Positions 47,934 to 62,870 of a stretch of DNA of 64,000 nt are shown here, piece by piece. Where the stretch lies: contig CM041465.1 in NCBI GenBank assembly GCA_023213395.1, positions 81,103,741-81,167,740 of the forward strand. Direction: 5' to 3'. Position numbers and translations under genes: made by a program. Origin of the DNA: Cycas panzhihuaensis. Its lineage: Eukaryota; Plantae; Cycadophyta. Position 1 is the first letter of the stretch, and every line of letters starts with the position of its first letter. A model generated the notes under the pieces. It did no database searches. It saw only the letters and a program-made list of their open reading frames with translations, and had not been told where the DNA came from.

Positions 47934-50900
47934 TGGAATTGCACCTCTGGGGGGGGTCACTAAGTTTGGAAGAGATCATGCCAACACAAGTGGTAATTTC
48001 ATGGCAAAGGGATGTACAAGAGTGAGATAGAGAGATCACCCACAAAGGGCGCCCATGCATCAAAACATAGGTTCAAGGACCCACAAATGGTATACAAACT
48101 CCCTTCTAGATAACACCTTCTCGATTCGAAGTTAAAGGCAAAAGAAGGATCTCCCCGGTTGACCGGCTAACCTCTAAAGGGTCCCTCCCATCCTGGATGG
48201 CTAAGGAAGGGAGGAAAAGGTGATGGAACACCTCTTCTTATTAAGAGGGGAATGGGTGAAACAGGCCCTAATGGAAAGTAGAAAAGACTCACGCATAAGC
48301 TTAGGATGGCTAGAAGCATGAGTAAACAAAGGGGGAGTTGGGTTGATGAACTAAGTTTGAGCTAAAAGGCAAAGCCAAAGGAGGCTTTGCTAATAACAAG
48401 GAAAGATTACCTTGAGAGGAGGTACTCTCAAGGTGCCATGCCTAAAATAGGTTTTGGCGTGGGAAACAAATAAAGTATGTTATTCCTATATTTGTTATTA
48501 TTATGTAGTAGGGTAATGTGGGGTGAAGGTTATAGTTGTTTATGTTTATTTCTTATAAATGTAAGAAATGAACTTAAAAAAAAAATAATGCACTCTTTCT
48601 CTTTCCTAAGTATTAGTCTCATTCTCTTTATCCTTTATGATCAAGGGAAGAAAAAGGGCAAGCAAACCACTAAAGAAAAAATAACAAATGAGAGACGATA
48701 TGTAAAGAGGAAATGGCGTGCCACTGGATGAGTGTATAACCCACCTTACCTAAACCCTAGTGTGAATAAGGGTATAGGCAAAGGGGGAAAACAAGTGAGT
48801 GTGTGACTAGAAGAAGTGGCATCTATTGGTGTGAGTTAGCTAGTTCTCACTATGTAATCTAAATTAAATAGGCAATAGCAACCAATAGAATATAAATAGT
48901 ACAATCCTTTCATATTTCTTTTCATTTTAGGGCATAAAAGAGGGGGGAGAGAGAGGTGAGAGTAGGAAAAACAAGGTATGGGAACATACATGAGAAACAA
49001 GCCATTGGTGTAGTGTCTCCCTTACTTCTTTCAGGATCCAAGCTCTCCTCCTCGACATGCCTTGATGTAAATGACATAGTGAAAGAGGCGTCGACAAGAG
49101 GGGGCCTTCCTTACCTTCCCCAAAACTTAAATATGAAAGAAATAGAAAGAAAGGGTAAATACTTCTAAAGATTTTTGAAGCACAAAACTAATAAGTAAAG
49201 GAGGTCATACTTGTAATGGATGCCTCTATTTGCTCCAAAACATGAGAAACCTACACAACACAAGTTTGCCCTTTCCCAAGGGGTGCTAGATACATATGGA
49301 AGCAAGCACATGTAAGGAAATGTATATGTATGTGTATATCTCCTTTTCAAAAAGGAAAAGGATGAAATGATAAGCATACCAAATATCTATCAAATGAAAA
49401 AAATAGATGATATTAATATTGTTCTCACTTAGCATATAAATAAGTTATATGGGAAATAGGGGATAAAAAGGGAAGAAAACAGATAGCCTCAAAATGGTTA
49501 TCCCTCCCAACTAAATTCTCCACACGTTCCCTAAGCACCTAAGCTAATAGCTAAGAGGACAAAGACTACTTAATAATAGGTGCAAGATAGATTTTTGTAA
49601 GTGAAGAAAATGGTAGTAAGAAAGTTGTAAAAACTGTAAATGTCACAAAAGTCATAGGCGTAACTCTTCTAAGTTTATGTAAGAATAAACCCTAAAGTAG
49701 AAAGGGTATGGAACAAGAGCTAAAAAATAAGCTCAGGCATAGCATAGGGCTACCTACACTACAATCAATAGAAGTTTCTACCCCAATAGTTTCCTAGGTA
49801 AACAAGGAAGGTATGGAGGAGGGAAAGGGAAGGAGAGAAGGGGGCTATCCTTGAGGAGAAGGTGTGCGGGTTTGGAACCCTATCTAGGTCTCCTTTCACT
49901 CTCCTATGAACCTGTTTCCATGCTACCACCTTGAGAAGACCCAAAAAGAACTTGTGGGAGGAAGTTTGTAAGCAAGCAAGAAGGAGGGATTGCCTCCCAA
50001 TACAACATAAAAGAAGGGAATGGACTTTTTGCATGAAGAGACTAGTAGAGGAATGTTTATGCTATAGAAGGAACAAGAAAAAATAGATCTAAAAGTACTT
50101 GTCAAGGGTAGACCTATGGTAGATCTACTAGGTAAACCATGTGAGAAAGAGAGTTCCCTTAGAGGGTTGCTGGAAAACCCCTACAATATAGTGGAAAAGG
50201 AGTGAAACCTGGGAGAAAGATAAAGCCTAGAGCTTGGTGGGATGATTAGACCATGACTTTGCCTTAGCCAGTACTACTACAAATCTACAATCTACATTTC
50301 CTAAACTGTAAGAGCTAGTAGCTAGCAGGTGGAGTGAGTACAACTGAGTTGAGACCTATTTCAAAGATTGTGGAGAAGAGAGGAGAGAAAAATGAGTGAG
50401 AAGAGGGAGAAATGAAGTGAATTTTAGGTTTTTAAACCCAACCCTAGCATAGCAAGTGATTAGGGTTCACCCTAAGTGAGAAACAGTTCATTGTCACATG
50501 GCAATTTTGCATTTAATGTGAAATTACCATGGCTAGATAAAAAAAGGATTATGTACAGTCACCCTATGGAAAACTTTGTGGTATCACGAAGTTTGTAGCA
50601 GTACCACAGAGTTTACAGTAGTGCGAAAAAAACTAAGGCAAAAAGAGGAAGGAAGGAACTTGGAGGCTCCCAAAAAGGGGGGGATCCTAGACCCTAGGGA
50701 GCATGCTGCAGTACCAAGATGGCAATGAGGGGTCATTTAACATAGAGGGACCACAACAAGTAAGAAACAATGGTTAAGGACTCCTAGAAAGGGAGACAAA
50801 CAACTCATGAGGGTAACAATTGGACCTAGGCGAGGTGCTAAGGGTTATGCCACATTAATGAAGCAATGTGTAATGGGCTATAGGAGCTAAAAATTCTTGG

Positions 50901-51157
50901 GGACTCCATGGAGATATGGTGGAGGGTTGTGGAGTGCCATAGGATGTGTATCCCTAGTTATCACAGGCTTAACAGTGTTAAAATACAACATAAATGGGTA
51001 AACAGTGTAGAGTGATCATATAGTCAATCAATTAGGATGCAATGTGCATGATGAGCCTCAATCAACCATTTCTAAAACTAGTGAAAAGGAAGATAGAAGT
51101 ATACTTGAACTTACTTGAGTCTAGTCACCCATGTCTTTTCCCCATAGCTGATAAATA
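47934..51157 (-). repeat. 5' LTR of C (~3.2 kb)
   Basis: Repeat of 17815..20439 + 38434..39052; adjacent to the PBS; TSD GTATC follows. Confidence 0.95.
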
Positions 51158-51599
51158 GTATCTTAACTAGAATAGGAATTTCACCTATAAGGAATAGGGG
51201 AGTTAGGGCTTCATGTCCTAATTCATTTATAGCATTCTACAAGATAAGATAGAGGCATGGAGTTTGTAAGGCTATAAATTTAGGAAACTAAGATGAGTAA
51301 GGAAGCTTCTAAACGAAATAGGTAAATGCAAGATAGAAGTGAAAATTAAATCAAGTACCTTTTTAGAATCATCTTACATCTCAAGTCCTTTCTCTAGTGA
51401 CTTATTGATAGGCATTTCCTTACTTGATTTATATAGGTCATTTATGGCTTCATCTTGCTACTCATGGATAGGTTTCTTATTGGATTGTTATTTAATTTGA
51501 TCACCTAATTATTCATGTGTACTACTTGTCTTTTCTTGATGTGACTTATTTATAGGCTCCTCACTAAATTAGTTTCTCACTTGATTAGCTCTTTATGTT

Positions 51600-52080
51600 A
51601 GTTTCCTTCAATGATCTCTCATACTATTTGGAAGAGCTAAGCTTTCCCAATGCTCACTTCCGATGTCTTCCTCTACATACTTATATTTGAAGTTTATAAG
51701 TTCTTTATATATATAGTTTTCATAATGTTTAGTCCATCTTTTAATCCTTTCATCAAACTTGATGAGAAAATTTATTGAGAAATAATCCCAATCAGGGAAA
51801 TATAAAAGTTTACCCAAAGCCTACTCTTGAGATTGTCCACCTATATATTCCTAAATATATAAAGAAAATACCCTTCTTCCCATGTAGGGACAAGATTAAA
51901 GTCCTTTTCAACCTTATCCAACCAATCTATTAGTTGTATTCCTCCATCTTTGATAAAAATTAATATGCTTACTATATTTATTATAGGACTTCATTATTAA
52001 ATATCAACTTCTAATGGAATATATGATATCAAATAAGAACCAAAATACATCATCTAATAGCCTATTTTGAAGTTCTTTGA
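51600..52080 (-). pseudogene. Possible gag remnant of element X
   Basis: LIDWLDKVEKDF..RLW.. followed by DWDYFSINFLIKF resembles the Ty3 gag W..W..F..F pattern; weak. Confidence 0.45.
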
Positions 52081-52322
52081 ATTAGTATTCTAACACTTTA
52101 GATGAAATTGAATTTTGATAATTATAATAGAAGTTATGGGCCTTTTAAGGTGGGTCATATTTAGGGTTTTTAAAGAGTACAATAACACCTCTTACTAAAA
52201 TACTAATAACTTTTTCCTCTAATATCTAATCAATCTAAAACCACTTCTAACATAAAGTAGATGTCAAGATGCATAGATTCAAAAAATAATTTAAGGTCAA
52301 TCAGATACCTATAGCTAAATTT

Positions 52323-55300
52323 TATGAGATTATCTTTAGGATCTAATATCTACATGCATTCAATAATAACACTTAACAAAGCAAAGGAAATATCAAATAA
52401 TAGAGTAAATAAGAACAAATGTAATAGACAAATGGCTATGGACAAATTTATTGCACCGTGTAGCTCTATTTTCATAGAGCTTCTACATCAATCGAATTCT
52501 AATATATAAATATGATGTATGGAGCTTAATTTATAAGCTTTTCATAAGTATTTTATATCAATCTTATTGGCCAACATGTTGGCAAGGGTGGAAAACCTGA
52601 TACATCTTTATAATATAATTAAATTACATTAATTGATCACTTATGATATAAAAATATACATATAATACATATGTATGCAAATATTTACAATGTAATGAAG
52701 TGTTATTACAAGCTTTAATGCCCTCATTTAATGATAACTTCATTATATTTAATGTTGAGGTCATGTCAAAACCATTCAAACTTTGGTTTGTCAAGTGCTT
52801 TAGTGAAGATGTCTACAACCTAGTCCATAGTTGCTTAATAAACGAGATCTACTTCCTTGTTTTGAACATACTCACAGATAAAGTGATGGTGGACCTATAT
52901 GTGCTTGGTTCTAGCATGAAAAACTAGATTCTTTGTCATCTTTAACAAACTTTAGTTATCATAATAAAGAATAGTGAGAGCCATTTATTGAAGTATAAGC
53001 TCAACGAGAATCCTTTTAAGCTAAATTAACTCTATAGTGGCATGGATAACTAATTTGTATTCAACTTCAGTGGAGGAAAGGGTAACATTTGGATGCTTCT
53101 TATAAATCCAAGAGATTATAGTTAAGTCCATGTCAAAATAGTATCCTAAAGTTAAGTGGTGTATATCTTAGCAACATGCCCAGTCAGCATCTTATATCCT
53201 TTCAGGATAAGAGATTTAGTTTGGATGTAGTTAAGTCAAAATTAATATGTACCACAAATGTATATGAGAATCCTAATTGTGGCTTTCTAGTGGGATTCTT
53301 TGGGCTTTGACATGTACTTAAAATAGATCCTAACTATATAAGAGATATCCAAGTGAGTGTGGGTAAGATAGATAAGACTCCCAACTAACTACCAATATAA
53401 GGTGGGATCAAATGGTTTTCCTTGCTCATCCAAGTTTAGCTTGGTTCTTGTTTCCATAGGAATTGCTACTGGCTTATAAGTTATTATCCTAGAATATTAC
53501 AAGAGTTCATTATAATATTTTGATTGAAATAGGAAGATATAACATGGTTCCTGCAAAACTTTAATTCCAAAGAAATAATGGAATAACCTAAGATCTGTCA
53601 TCCTAAAGTTGCTTTTTATTTTAGACTGTAGTCAAGCTATAACTTTAGTATCATTATATTTGATTACTAAATCATCTACATAAAGAACAATGATGGTGAT
53701 TAAGTTTTCTCTAATCCAAATGTATAAGTATGGGTCAGAGGTTGAATGATGGAATCTATGATAAGTGAGAAAAGCATTAATCTTTATATATCAGGTACAT
53801 GGTGCCTTCTTTAGTCCATATAAACCTTTCTTAAGCTTATAAACTAAGTGTTCTTTACCTAGAATAACATAGGTAGGAGGGTGTTTTAAGAAAACCTCAT
53901 CTGTGAGCTCTCCATTAAGGAAAGCACTCTTCACATCCATTTCATAAACTGTCTAGTTGAATTAGGTTGTAAGTGACATTATCAAATGGAATGTGGTCAT
54001 GTTAGCTATTAATGCAAAGGTTTCATCGTAGTCCACCCCTTCCTGTTATTTGAAACCTTTTGCAACAAGATGAGCTTTATGACACTCGATTATGCCATCT
54101 ACATAGAACTTGGTTTTATATAGCTATATACAATCAATTACCTTTTTTCTAGGTGGCACTTCTATCAGCTCCTAAGTTTTATTTTTGAGGATGGAGTTCA
54201 TCTCTTCATCCATGGCTAGTTTTTTCATTTGATCTTTGACTACCTCCCCAAACATGAAAGGCTTAGGGGTTTCTAAGACACATGGCATTAGGGTCAACTT
54301 ACTGGAGAGTCTCATATTTAACGTCCATTTAGTAGTTATAAGAGAAGGAGGAACATCCTTTAATAATTATTGAACTCACTTGGGAGGTGGCTAAACATTG
54401 GTGCCTTCCACCTAAAGTTCATTAATTAAAATATATGGCATGGAGTTGCTTGCATCTAATGTAGTCATCAAAGCTACTAAGGTTGAAGATGAACCTAGTA
54501 TATAGGAAGATGTAGGTACTAATAGCTCTAAAATAAGTGCAAGAGGCACTTGAGGTACACGAACATCATCTTCTACTATATACTGAAGCTTTAAAGGGTC
54601 CAGGTCTTGAGTATATTTAGTAAAAATAACATCTCAAGTGGTGTAGTCTTGGTTTCCAATAATGTCAAATACCTTGTAGGCTTTATAACTAGGTACATAG
54701 CTAAGGAATATGCACTTAAGGCTCTTGTTATCTAGCTTCTTTCTATTTTCCTTTGGAATAAGTTTATATACCATACATCTAAATGCTTTGAAATATGCAA
54801 CTATTTGTTTAAGTCATGTCTAAGCCTCCTTAAGAGTGATATTCCTGACAAGGATAATGGGACTTCTATTTATAAGATATACAACTATTGTGATGGCATC
54901 AATCTAAAATCTTATACCAAAGTTTACACCACTTAACATAGTTTTATCTTTATTCACCAATGTTTGGTTTATTCTCTTAGCTACACCATTTTGTTGAGGT
55001 GTGCAAAATGCTGAGAACTAGTGTTTGATTCCATGTTATTTATAGAAATTGGTAAATTGATTTGAGATTAGTCCCTTCCATTGTCTACTCTAAATACTTA
55101 TGCCACTTTCATTTTTCTACCTCAGTCTTAAAATCCTTGAATTTGTCAAGGGCTTTATCATTATTCCTCAAAAAATATACCCACACTTTCCTAGAATAGT
55201 CATCTATAAAAGTCATAAAAAACAAACTACCATTCAGAGATTGAACTGACATAGGCCCACAAATGTTTGAGTGGATCAATTCCAATGGTTCAGAGGCTCT

Positions 55301-58300
55301 CCATATATTCTTATAAGGAAAATTTTCTCTTTATTATTTTCCCACTAGGTATGTCTTACGAATATATCTATTTCTCTTAATCTTGGGAAGTGCATATATC
55401 ATATGAAGCCTAAACATGAGATTTAAGCTTTGTATGTTTAGGAGACCAAGGCATTGATGTCATAGTTGGGGTTTAGTATTATTTGATATGGATTCCTTAT
55501 TTATATTGGAGCATTCACCTATACCATGATATCCTTACCCTTGTTAAGTTAGGTACTTTGAGCCATTGGACATGATTATGTTAGTGGATTAGTGGGTAAG
55601 GGAACACCATCAAGCTTATATAAGCCATCATCTTTATTTCTTATTGCTGTAAGTTGTCCAATTGCATGATTAGTAGTGGTGTAGATGCCATAACTAAAGA
55701 GGACATCTAGAGTTTTCTTATCAATTTGGTTAACAGAAAGCAAAATTATTTTCATACCTAGAACTAGGAATATATTATTGATGTGATACCTTATTTTAGA
55801 GTCTTCTACAACTATTAGGGCCATTCCAATTTTAATCCTATCGTATATCAAATTATATCCATATGTGAATGTTTATGTATTAATTGGATAGGTTTCCTCC
55901 AACATATCTTCTGTGCCAATTTTATGGCAAATGGAACCTAAGTTAAGTAGCCAAGAGTTATCACCATGTTGAGATGATAATGATACAAGGAATTAGTTTT
56001 AAGAGGAGGTATCTTGAGTATCTACCACATTACCTCTGTATTGAGTGTTGAGGATGGTCCTTTAATTCTTGAGTGGGAACCACTACTTATTCTTCTCATA
56101 TTGATTCTAATTTGGTCTTAGATTCTAATTTTATTGATAGAATTAGCCTAGTTTCTAATATGATGGCTCTTCTTGTAGATAGATAGGTCCTTCTTATTGG
56201 AAATAATAGGATCCTTATTGAATAATGAGGCCTTGTTGTTATAGATAATGGCCTCGTTGTTAAGGAGTGGGGCCTCCTTATTATAGATAAGGGGTTCCTT
56301 GTTGAGGGCATGGTCCTCCTTATTGATAACTAATTTCACCTTATTGGTAGTTAGGTGCTCCGTATTGATAATATGGGGCTCCTTGTTGGAAGTTATATCT
56401 ATATGGTTGCCCCCCTTAATTTTATAATATTTAAAGGTCAACTTATCTTCTACTATATTCAACAACTAAATAGCCATTTTTCCCAAAGTACCAGTAGGCG
56501 ACATTTGGTCTACACTGTTAAGTTCTTTATGATTAAGGCTATGAAAGTTGGCGGTGCTTATAAGGCTATTCAACTTGGTGGGAAGTGCTAACTTGATATG
56601 ATGCTATTAAGTTAGTTGTTGACTTGTCTCTTATGAGATATCTAAGGAGTCAAATTATTGAGTAATATTTTATAGCTAACTTGGTTGCTAAGTTGGTTGT
56701 TGTGTAGTCTTACCCCTCTCTAAATTTCAAGCTATAAATGCAAGGGTTGAGTCATAGGTAAATATTACTACTTGTTGATTAAGAATGTTTTATTATTTTG
56801 ATAAGAGTCTCTCAAATGTGATAAAGTCTATTTTAGTGTAATTATCATGGAGTTTAGAACTAAAACCATTATATTTAATAGGGAGAATATTAAAGATGTT
56901 GGATATTAAGTCATGGTCTGATGGAGGTTCCCCAAGGATTATTAGTTGATTTCTAATTATCTTGACTTTATTTAGATGAGAAATAATATTTCTAGTAAAG
57001 GGTATAACAAATAGATGTATTTTAAGAGTTAAATATCTTGACTTATCTTTCCTCTTATAGAGAGCACATAGGATGGTTTAAGTTTTGTGAGAGGTTTAAG
57101 TTATTTCTATGTTTTGATCTAGTTGGTCCTCTACCACTAAGTAGAGGAAAGACAAGACTATATTATCTTTAGCTTTAAAGTTAGCTAAGACAATTAGATT
57201 GGGTGGAATTATAATGCTAGAATCATTAGGATCTTAGGTAGATCTAGGTAAAGGGATATCACCATTGACATAACTCTAATAGTCATTTATGATGAGAAGG
57301 TTTTTCACTTATTTCTTCTAAGATAAAAAATTATTTAAGCTATTGAGTTTAGTTGTATTTGATAGAAGTATTTAAGCTACTAGTTTTAAGTTTTATGTGC
57401 TTGTGTCCTATCTACCTAAGGGCTACTATTCTAGAATTCTATATTTGTGGGTCTTTAAGGAAGCTCACTATTGTTATCTTATCTAGCGGTGCCTACCCAT
57501 AAGTAGTAACTAGGGACCCTATATATTAGTACATGAGCTCAAGGCTCTATATACCTTAGTATATGGGCCACTAAGAAGGTCAAAGACCCCCCAATTTATG
57601 GATCCACTTGTGTCGAACTTATGCCCTAGTAATAGACCTAACTGAGAACTACAACTAAGGCACTCACCTCCTATGGGTCTTACTTGGTCTCCAAATACCA
57701 GAAAAAAGTTTTTCACCTCAACTTACCACTTAATACAACTTATAACTAATGGTTTCCTTAGTAAATTAGAGAAATACTAAAGGTATGTGTGGAGTGGTAA
57801 CCTTAGGGGTCCTAATCGTTCTCCTTACAAGGCTAGTATAGTTTTCTTATAGATTTAGGATTATCTTTATTAATCTTTTAAGTTAAATATGGATTTTAAT
57901 GTGGTCTTTCATATAAACAAGGTTTATTTTAATAAGGGAAGCTAAAAAATGAAAGGAAATATAAGAAATTGAAAGGAAATATAGGGTTTACAGAGTTTTT
58001 TGATGAACTTACTCTAAGAAGATCCACCTTAATCCTTCAAGAAGAATAACTATAATAACCAAACCACAAACACTTATTAACTCAAAAAATTAGATTAGAA
58101 AAACGTATTAATATGTATACCGATAGCATATAACATCATAAAATCTTTTGCAAAGCATAATGTAAGCCTTCAAATGATGAAACAAGGATTAAGATTGCTC
58201 AAATAAATAATTCAACTTGAGAAGCTTGGAACTCCTACAAAATAGACTTAATTAGGCAAGAAATGACTTTAGACTATAGCTCCCTAAATTGCCTTTCCAA

Positions 58301-59683
58301 TAGTTTAGACAACAACTAAATCAGACTCTCTATTAAAAAGTTATATTGAAAATAATTGAAAGTACCTTTATGGCAAAGAATTTGAATGGGGACGGGTTAA
58401 ATCCCATTTGTTCATTGGCCCTTGATCACAGAATGAGTACATATAATCATAGGTTGGACTTCTAAGGGGCTAGGTAGACTTGAAACTTTATCAAAAAATA
58501 ATCTATAATCTTTGAATTATGACCCTCTTATGCTAAAAGTATAGTTATATTAAGTGATATATAATAAAAAAGTAAGCCCTTGTATGTAGATTTCAACTAA
58601 GAATTAAATATACCTTGATTAATCTTAATCTTCATGAATGATAAAGTTAAAAAAATTAAAATTTAAATATGTTTGAGGTCATTTGACTTCCATGACCTAC
58701 ACACATGTCTCCATGATGAACATATGTAAATAAGGTCATGAATCTCCTTACAGAATCTCTAAATTCAATTATAATCTTATTTAAAAGCTGTGGAACCCTT
58801 TTTGAGATAGATTTGGGGCTATTTTAGAGTGAAATAAGGTCAAATAGGGTCACATGAACTCATAGAGGCTGTATGACTACTTGGGACTAAAAACTTACAA
58901 ATAATCATTGAAAATTCCATGTAGATACTTGGAACAATAACTTAACACCTCAAGAGGATTACTTAAAATTAATAGATCTTCATTTGAGAGTGAGATATAC
59001 ATGACACAAATGGATTAGATTTGAAACAAGGGCCAAACAGAGATGTTTTGACTAAAAATAGATCTATGAGTCATGAGAATTGCTATGGGCTTGCTACACT
59101 ACAAATACAAGCTATTATAGGTTGATAATCACCTATAATAACTTTATATTGACTGATAGTTTCTTAATATTTTGAAAAAAATTTAAACTTGGTGTGGATG
59201 GGGTGTCATTATTGGTAAATAAACCTTCATTTCTGATATATTTCTTAGAAAATCGTAAAGAAAACATGTAATAGCTCTAATACCATATGAGATTATCTTT
59301 AAGATCTAATATCTATATTCATTTAATAATAATAGTTAACAAAGCAATGAAAATATCAAATAATAGAGCAAATTAGAGAAACTGTAGTGGACAAATAGCT
59401 ATGAGTAAATTTGTTACACCATGTGGCTCTATTCCAGCAAAACTTCCATATCAATCAAATTCTAATATATAAATGTAATATGTGGAGCTTAATTTATAAT
59501 CATTCCATAGGTATTTTACATCAATGTTATTGGTTGATGTATCAGCAAGGATGGCAGACCAGATACATCTTTATAATATAATTAAATTACACTAAGGGAT
59601 CACTTGTGATACATAAATATACATATAATATATATGTATGTAAACATTTAAAATATAATGAATGGTCATTGCAAGTTTTAACA
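52323..59683 (-). mobile_element. Element D: complete degenerate Ty1/copia, 7.4 kb
   Basis: 398-bp LTRs 52323..52720 and 59286..59683; TSD AATTT (52318-52322 and 59684-59688); PBS TGGTATTAGAGC at 59274-59285. Confidence 0.95.
52730..57380 (-). pseudogene. Copia gag-pol of D
   Basis: Integrase LELIHSNICGPM..FMTFIDDYSRK ~55190-55285, PQQNGVAKR ~54975-55000; RT MDVKSAFLNGEL ~53905-53940, VLYVDDL ~53670-53690; RNase H ARTKHI, DIFTKAL ~52795-52915. Confidence 0.93.
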
Positions 59684-59928
59684 AATTTATAGCTATTTGA
59701 AGTTGTAGTAGTAAATTTTAGATCCTAAAGATAGCGACAAACATTAGACCAAAAGTAAATTCCCTATAATTTTTATAATTTCATTATAAAATTCGTGATA
59801 TGACCACTTCAAACTTTTAGAGTAGGCTTATTTGACTCAAATTTGTAATTACTTTTTTGAAATTCTTCCATTTATAATTTTAAAAATGTAGATCCTTAAT
59901 ATGTAAAAAATGAAACTTTGATACCACT

Positions 59929-60268
59929 TAAAGTGGTCCTAAATTGGATCTACGTCTAAAAATACAAAAAGAAAACTGAAATAAAAGTTGAATAGGTAAA
60001 TTTTCCTAGGCACCAAGTTCTAAATAAGATTAGGATTAAACAAAAAATAAAATTTATAGAATGAGTTAGGGGTCTCCATATTTATAGGTACCAATATGGC
60101 TCCTTATTAAAAGAAATAATTTCAATCAAGTAAAAATAATAAAATACTGACTTCCTAATATAAAAACTAACTTCATGTTAATTTAAAAATATCACTCCTT
60201 AATAATAATAATAATAATAATATCAACTTCTAATACCAACTTCTCCTTAATATAATAGGATCACTACA
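59929..60268 (-). repeat. 5' LTR of element X
   Basis: Repeat of 11763..12117; ends ggatcactaca; PBS adjacent at 59916-59926. Confidence 0.88.
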
Positions 60269-60689
60269 TAACCAATGTAGTCTTCTAAGACTTATAGATA
60301 AATGAATTCCTTTCCTATATGCTTGAAGATTTGGGTGCCAAATTATGAAAAAGGTTTTAAATGGCATAGAAATTAGGAACTCAAACTTGAAATATATACT
60401 TTAAATAGAATAATTATAATTTTGAATAAAGAAAGATGAAGGTTTATAAGTATAGTCATAAAACTATCACAGATATTTAATGATATGAATGTCTGCATAA
60501 GCTAGCCTAAAGAAATTACATATGAAAATATATCAAAGATTTAAATAAAGGGTTCTCACATATTGATAATAAATAATTTAAATAAATAATCTATTAATAT
60601 ATTACCTTGGCATGAGAGATAAGATTCTTCAAAAGTTATATTTCACATTAATTATCATGGAATAATAATATAGGATCAATTTTCTTAAC

Positions 60690-62200
60690 TTTAAAATGGA
60701 AAAGAAGTCTTCTTAGCCAATTTACTTTGGAGGTAGCTATAACCACCACCTTGTATTAAGCTTTTATTAATGATAAATAAGTTGTATCTTATTTCTTACT
60801 ATATCAAGGGATCACACCGGAATTGAGAATAGACACATACCCTAATGTAGATTTCTTATCATCTATATTATTAGCCCAATCTAAGTCGATGAAACATTAT
60901 AATTTAAGCTCATCAAATATTTAGTATATGAGTTAAAAATTGATATTGCCTATGATATATCTCAAGATATATTTTTTTGCTTTTTGATAAGAAATAGATG
61001 GAGTACTTATAAATTGAGATATAACTCCAACAACATAATGATTACTAGAACTAATAGTACTTAAGCAGATGAGACTATCTACCAATTACCTATATAATAT
61101 TCCATTAATAACTTTACCATCATCTTCCATGGTTATTTTGAGACCAAGATCCATCATTTCAAATGCTTTATGAAGTTCTTTATTTATAGATTTAATTTTT
61201 GAAGTGTCACTTCCTATGATGATAAAATCATAAACAAGGACTATGCATATTTCATCATCCTTATTATTCACATGAAACCTATGATCATGTTCTCATTTAG
61301 TAAATAAATTATCATTAGTGCATGAATACCATGCTCTTGATGCTTGATTAAGCCCATAAGAAGTTTTCCTTAGTTTGTAGATAAGATGCTCTTTTTTGAC
61401 TTATATAAAGCCTTTGAGCTAATCCAAATATACCTCTTCATTAAGAATGCCATTGAGGAAGTAGTCTTTATATCCATATGATGTAATTTCTAACTAAAAT
61501 AATATATAGTGTAAATCAACATTCAAATGGTGGTCAACTTTGTTATAATTGCAAAGGTTTCTTCAAAATCCACATATATAGCTTATGTATATCCTTTGAC
61601 CACAAGTCAATCTTTATACTTGTCAATTTCACTATAAAATTGATACTTTGTTCTTAGTTTATAACTTGGCTACTAAGTGGAACTAAAAAATATTTCTCTA
61701 TGTTGTTTTTCTACTAAACAACTTGCACAAGTCTTGTTACATTTTAAAATAAAAGATAAATCACCATGTACCATGTTCAACTTTCTCAATAATTAAAGTC
61801 TATAGTAGTTCAAATGATCAAAATACTTATCCCATTGACCATCAAAAGAACTATTAGCAATTAATCCACCCTTATTCATTCTAGAAAATTTATACATTTT
61901 ATTCTCTTAGACACCTTGTATAATTATATTAACATCATTTTTAATAATACATTTGGTTTTGTTAAATACACCCTTCAAGTTAATTGTTGTCACATGACTT
62001 ATAGAAAGTAAGATGAACTTTGCGTAATGTACATAAATCATATTACTAATTTAAAAAATAGAAGATTATTTACAAATGGTGGTTGCACCTTGCCTAACAA
62101 CCATTTTCTAAGAATAAAGTAAAATTCTTAAATATAAAACTTGAGTCTCATTCTTTATCTCATACCTGTCTATTAGGGTTTTCTCTACTCTATGTAAAAA
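60690..62200 (-). pseudogene. Highly decayed copia pol remnant (RNase H, RT, GAG-pre-integrase; integrase core missing)
   Basis: YKLRKTSYGLNQASRAWY ~61325-61380; FEMMDLG ~61140-61160; FIDLDWAN..DKKST ~60845-60895; CASCLVEKQH ~61700-61730. Confidence 0.8.
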
Positions 62201-62555
62201 CTTTTCCCCTTGAAGATGGATGATGATCTCATTAGAAATAGATAATTTAATTGTGTATATGCTCTTCTACCCTAGCACCTTTAATCTAAGATTCACAAGA
62301 ATTTATAAGTAAAAGAGAGACACAATGGAGTTAGAGTACAAAAACCAAGCCTTTATTACTAGGGGCTCAGCATCTAGTCCTCTCATAACCAAATATAGGC
62401 CAAGAGAGTGTATAAAAGCCACATCTAGATGGCACACTCATTCTTATAATAGTTGATACTTATATCTCCTAAACTTATAGTTATAACTGCTTATTATAAC
62501 TATTTAATCACTAACCAATATCATTTTACAATTTATATTTTAACTACTTTCTACT

Positions 62556-62870
62556 CTAGTTGCACCAACTACTACCCTAGTTACACCTATCGCTACCCTG
62601 GTTGCACTAGATGGTTTCTTGGTCACACATGCTAGTAGCCTAGTTGCACCACCAGTAGCTTGATTGCACCTACTGGTTGCCTGGTCACACTTGTTGGTAA
62701 CTTGACCACACCATTGGGTGCTTAGTCATATCTGCTAGTAACCTGGTCACACCTACTGGTAACATGGTTGCACCAATGGTTGCCTAGTCATATCTACTAG
62801 TAACCTAATCACACTTGTTGGTAACTTGATCATATTGTTGCTACTTCCAGTTTAACCTACTACTATCGAT
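62556..62870. repeat. Degenerate ~21-bp tandem array (~14 units), probably inside an LTR
   Basis: Units such as ctagttgcaccaactactacc, ctagttacacctatcgctacc, ctggtcacacctactggtaac. Confidence 0.85.

Noticed and set aside
62556-62870. Possible CRISPR-like array
   Set aside because: Contiguous degenerate units without unique spacers, no cas genes, eukaryotic context.
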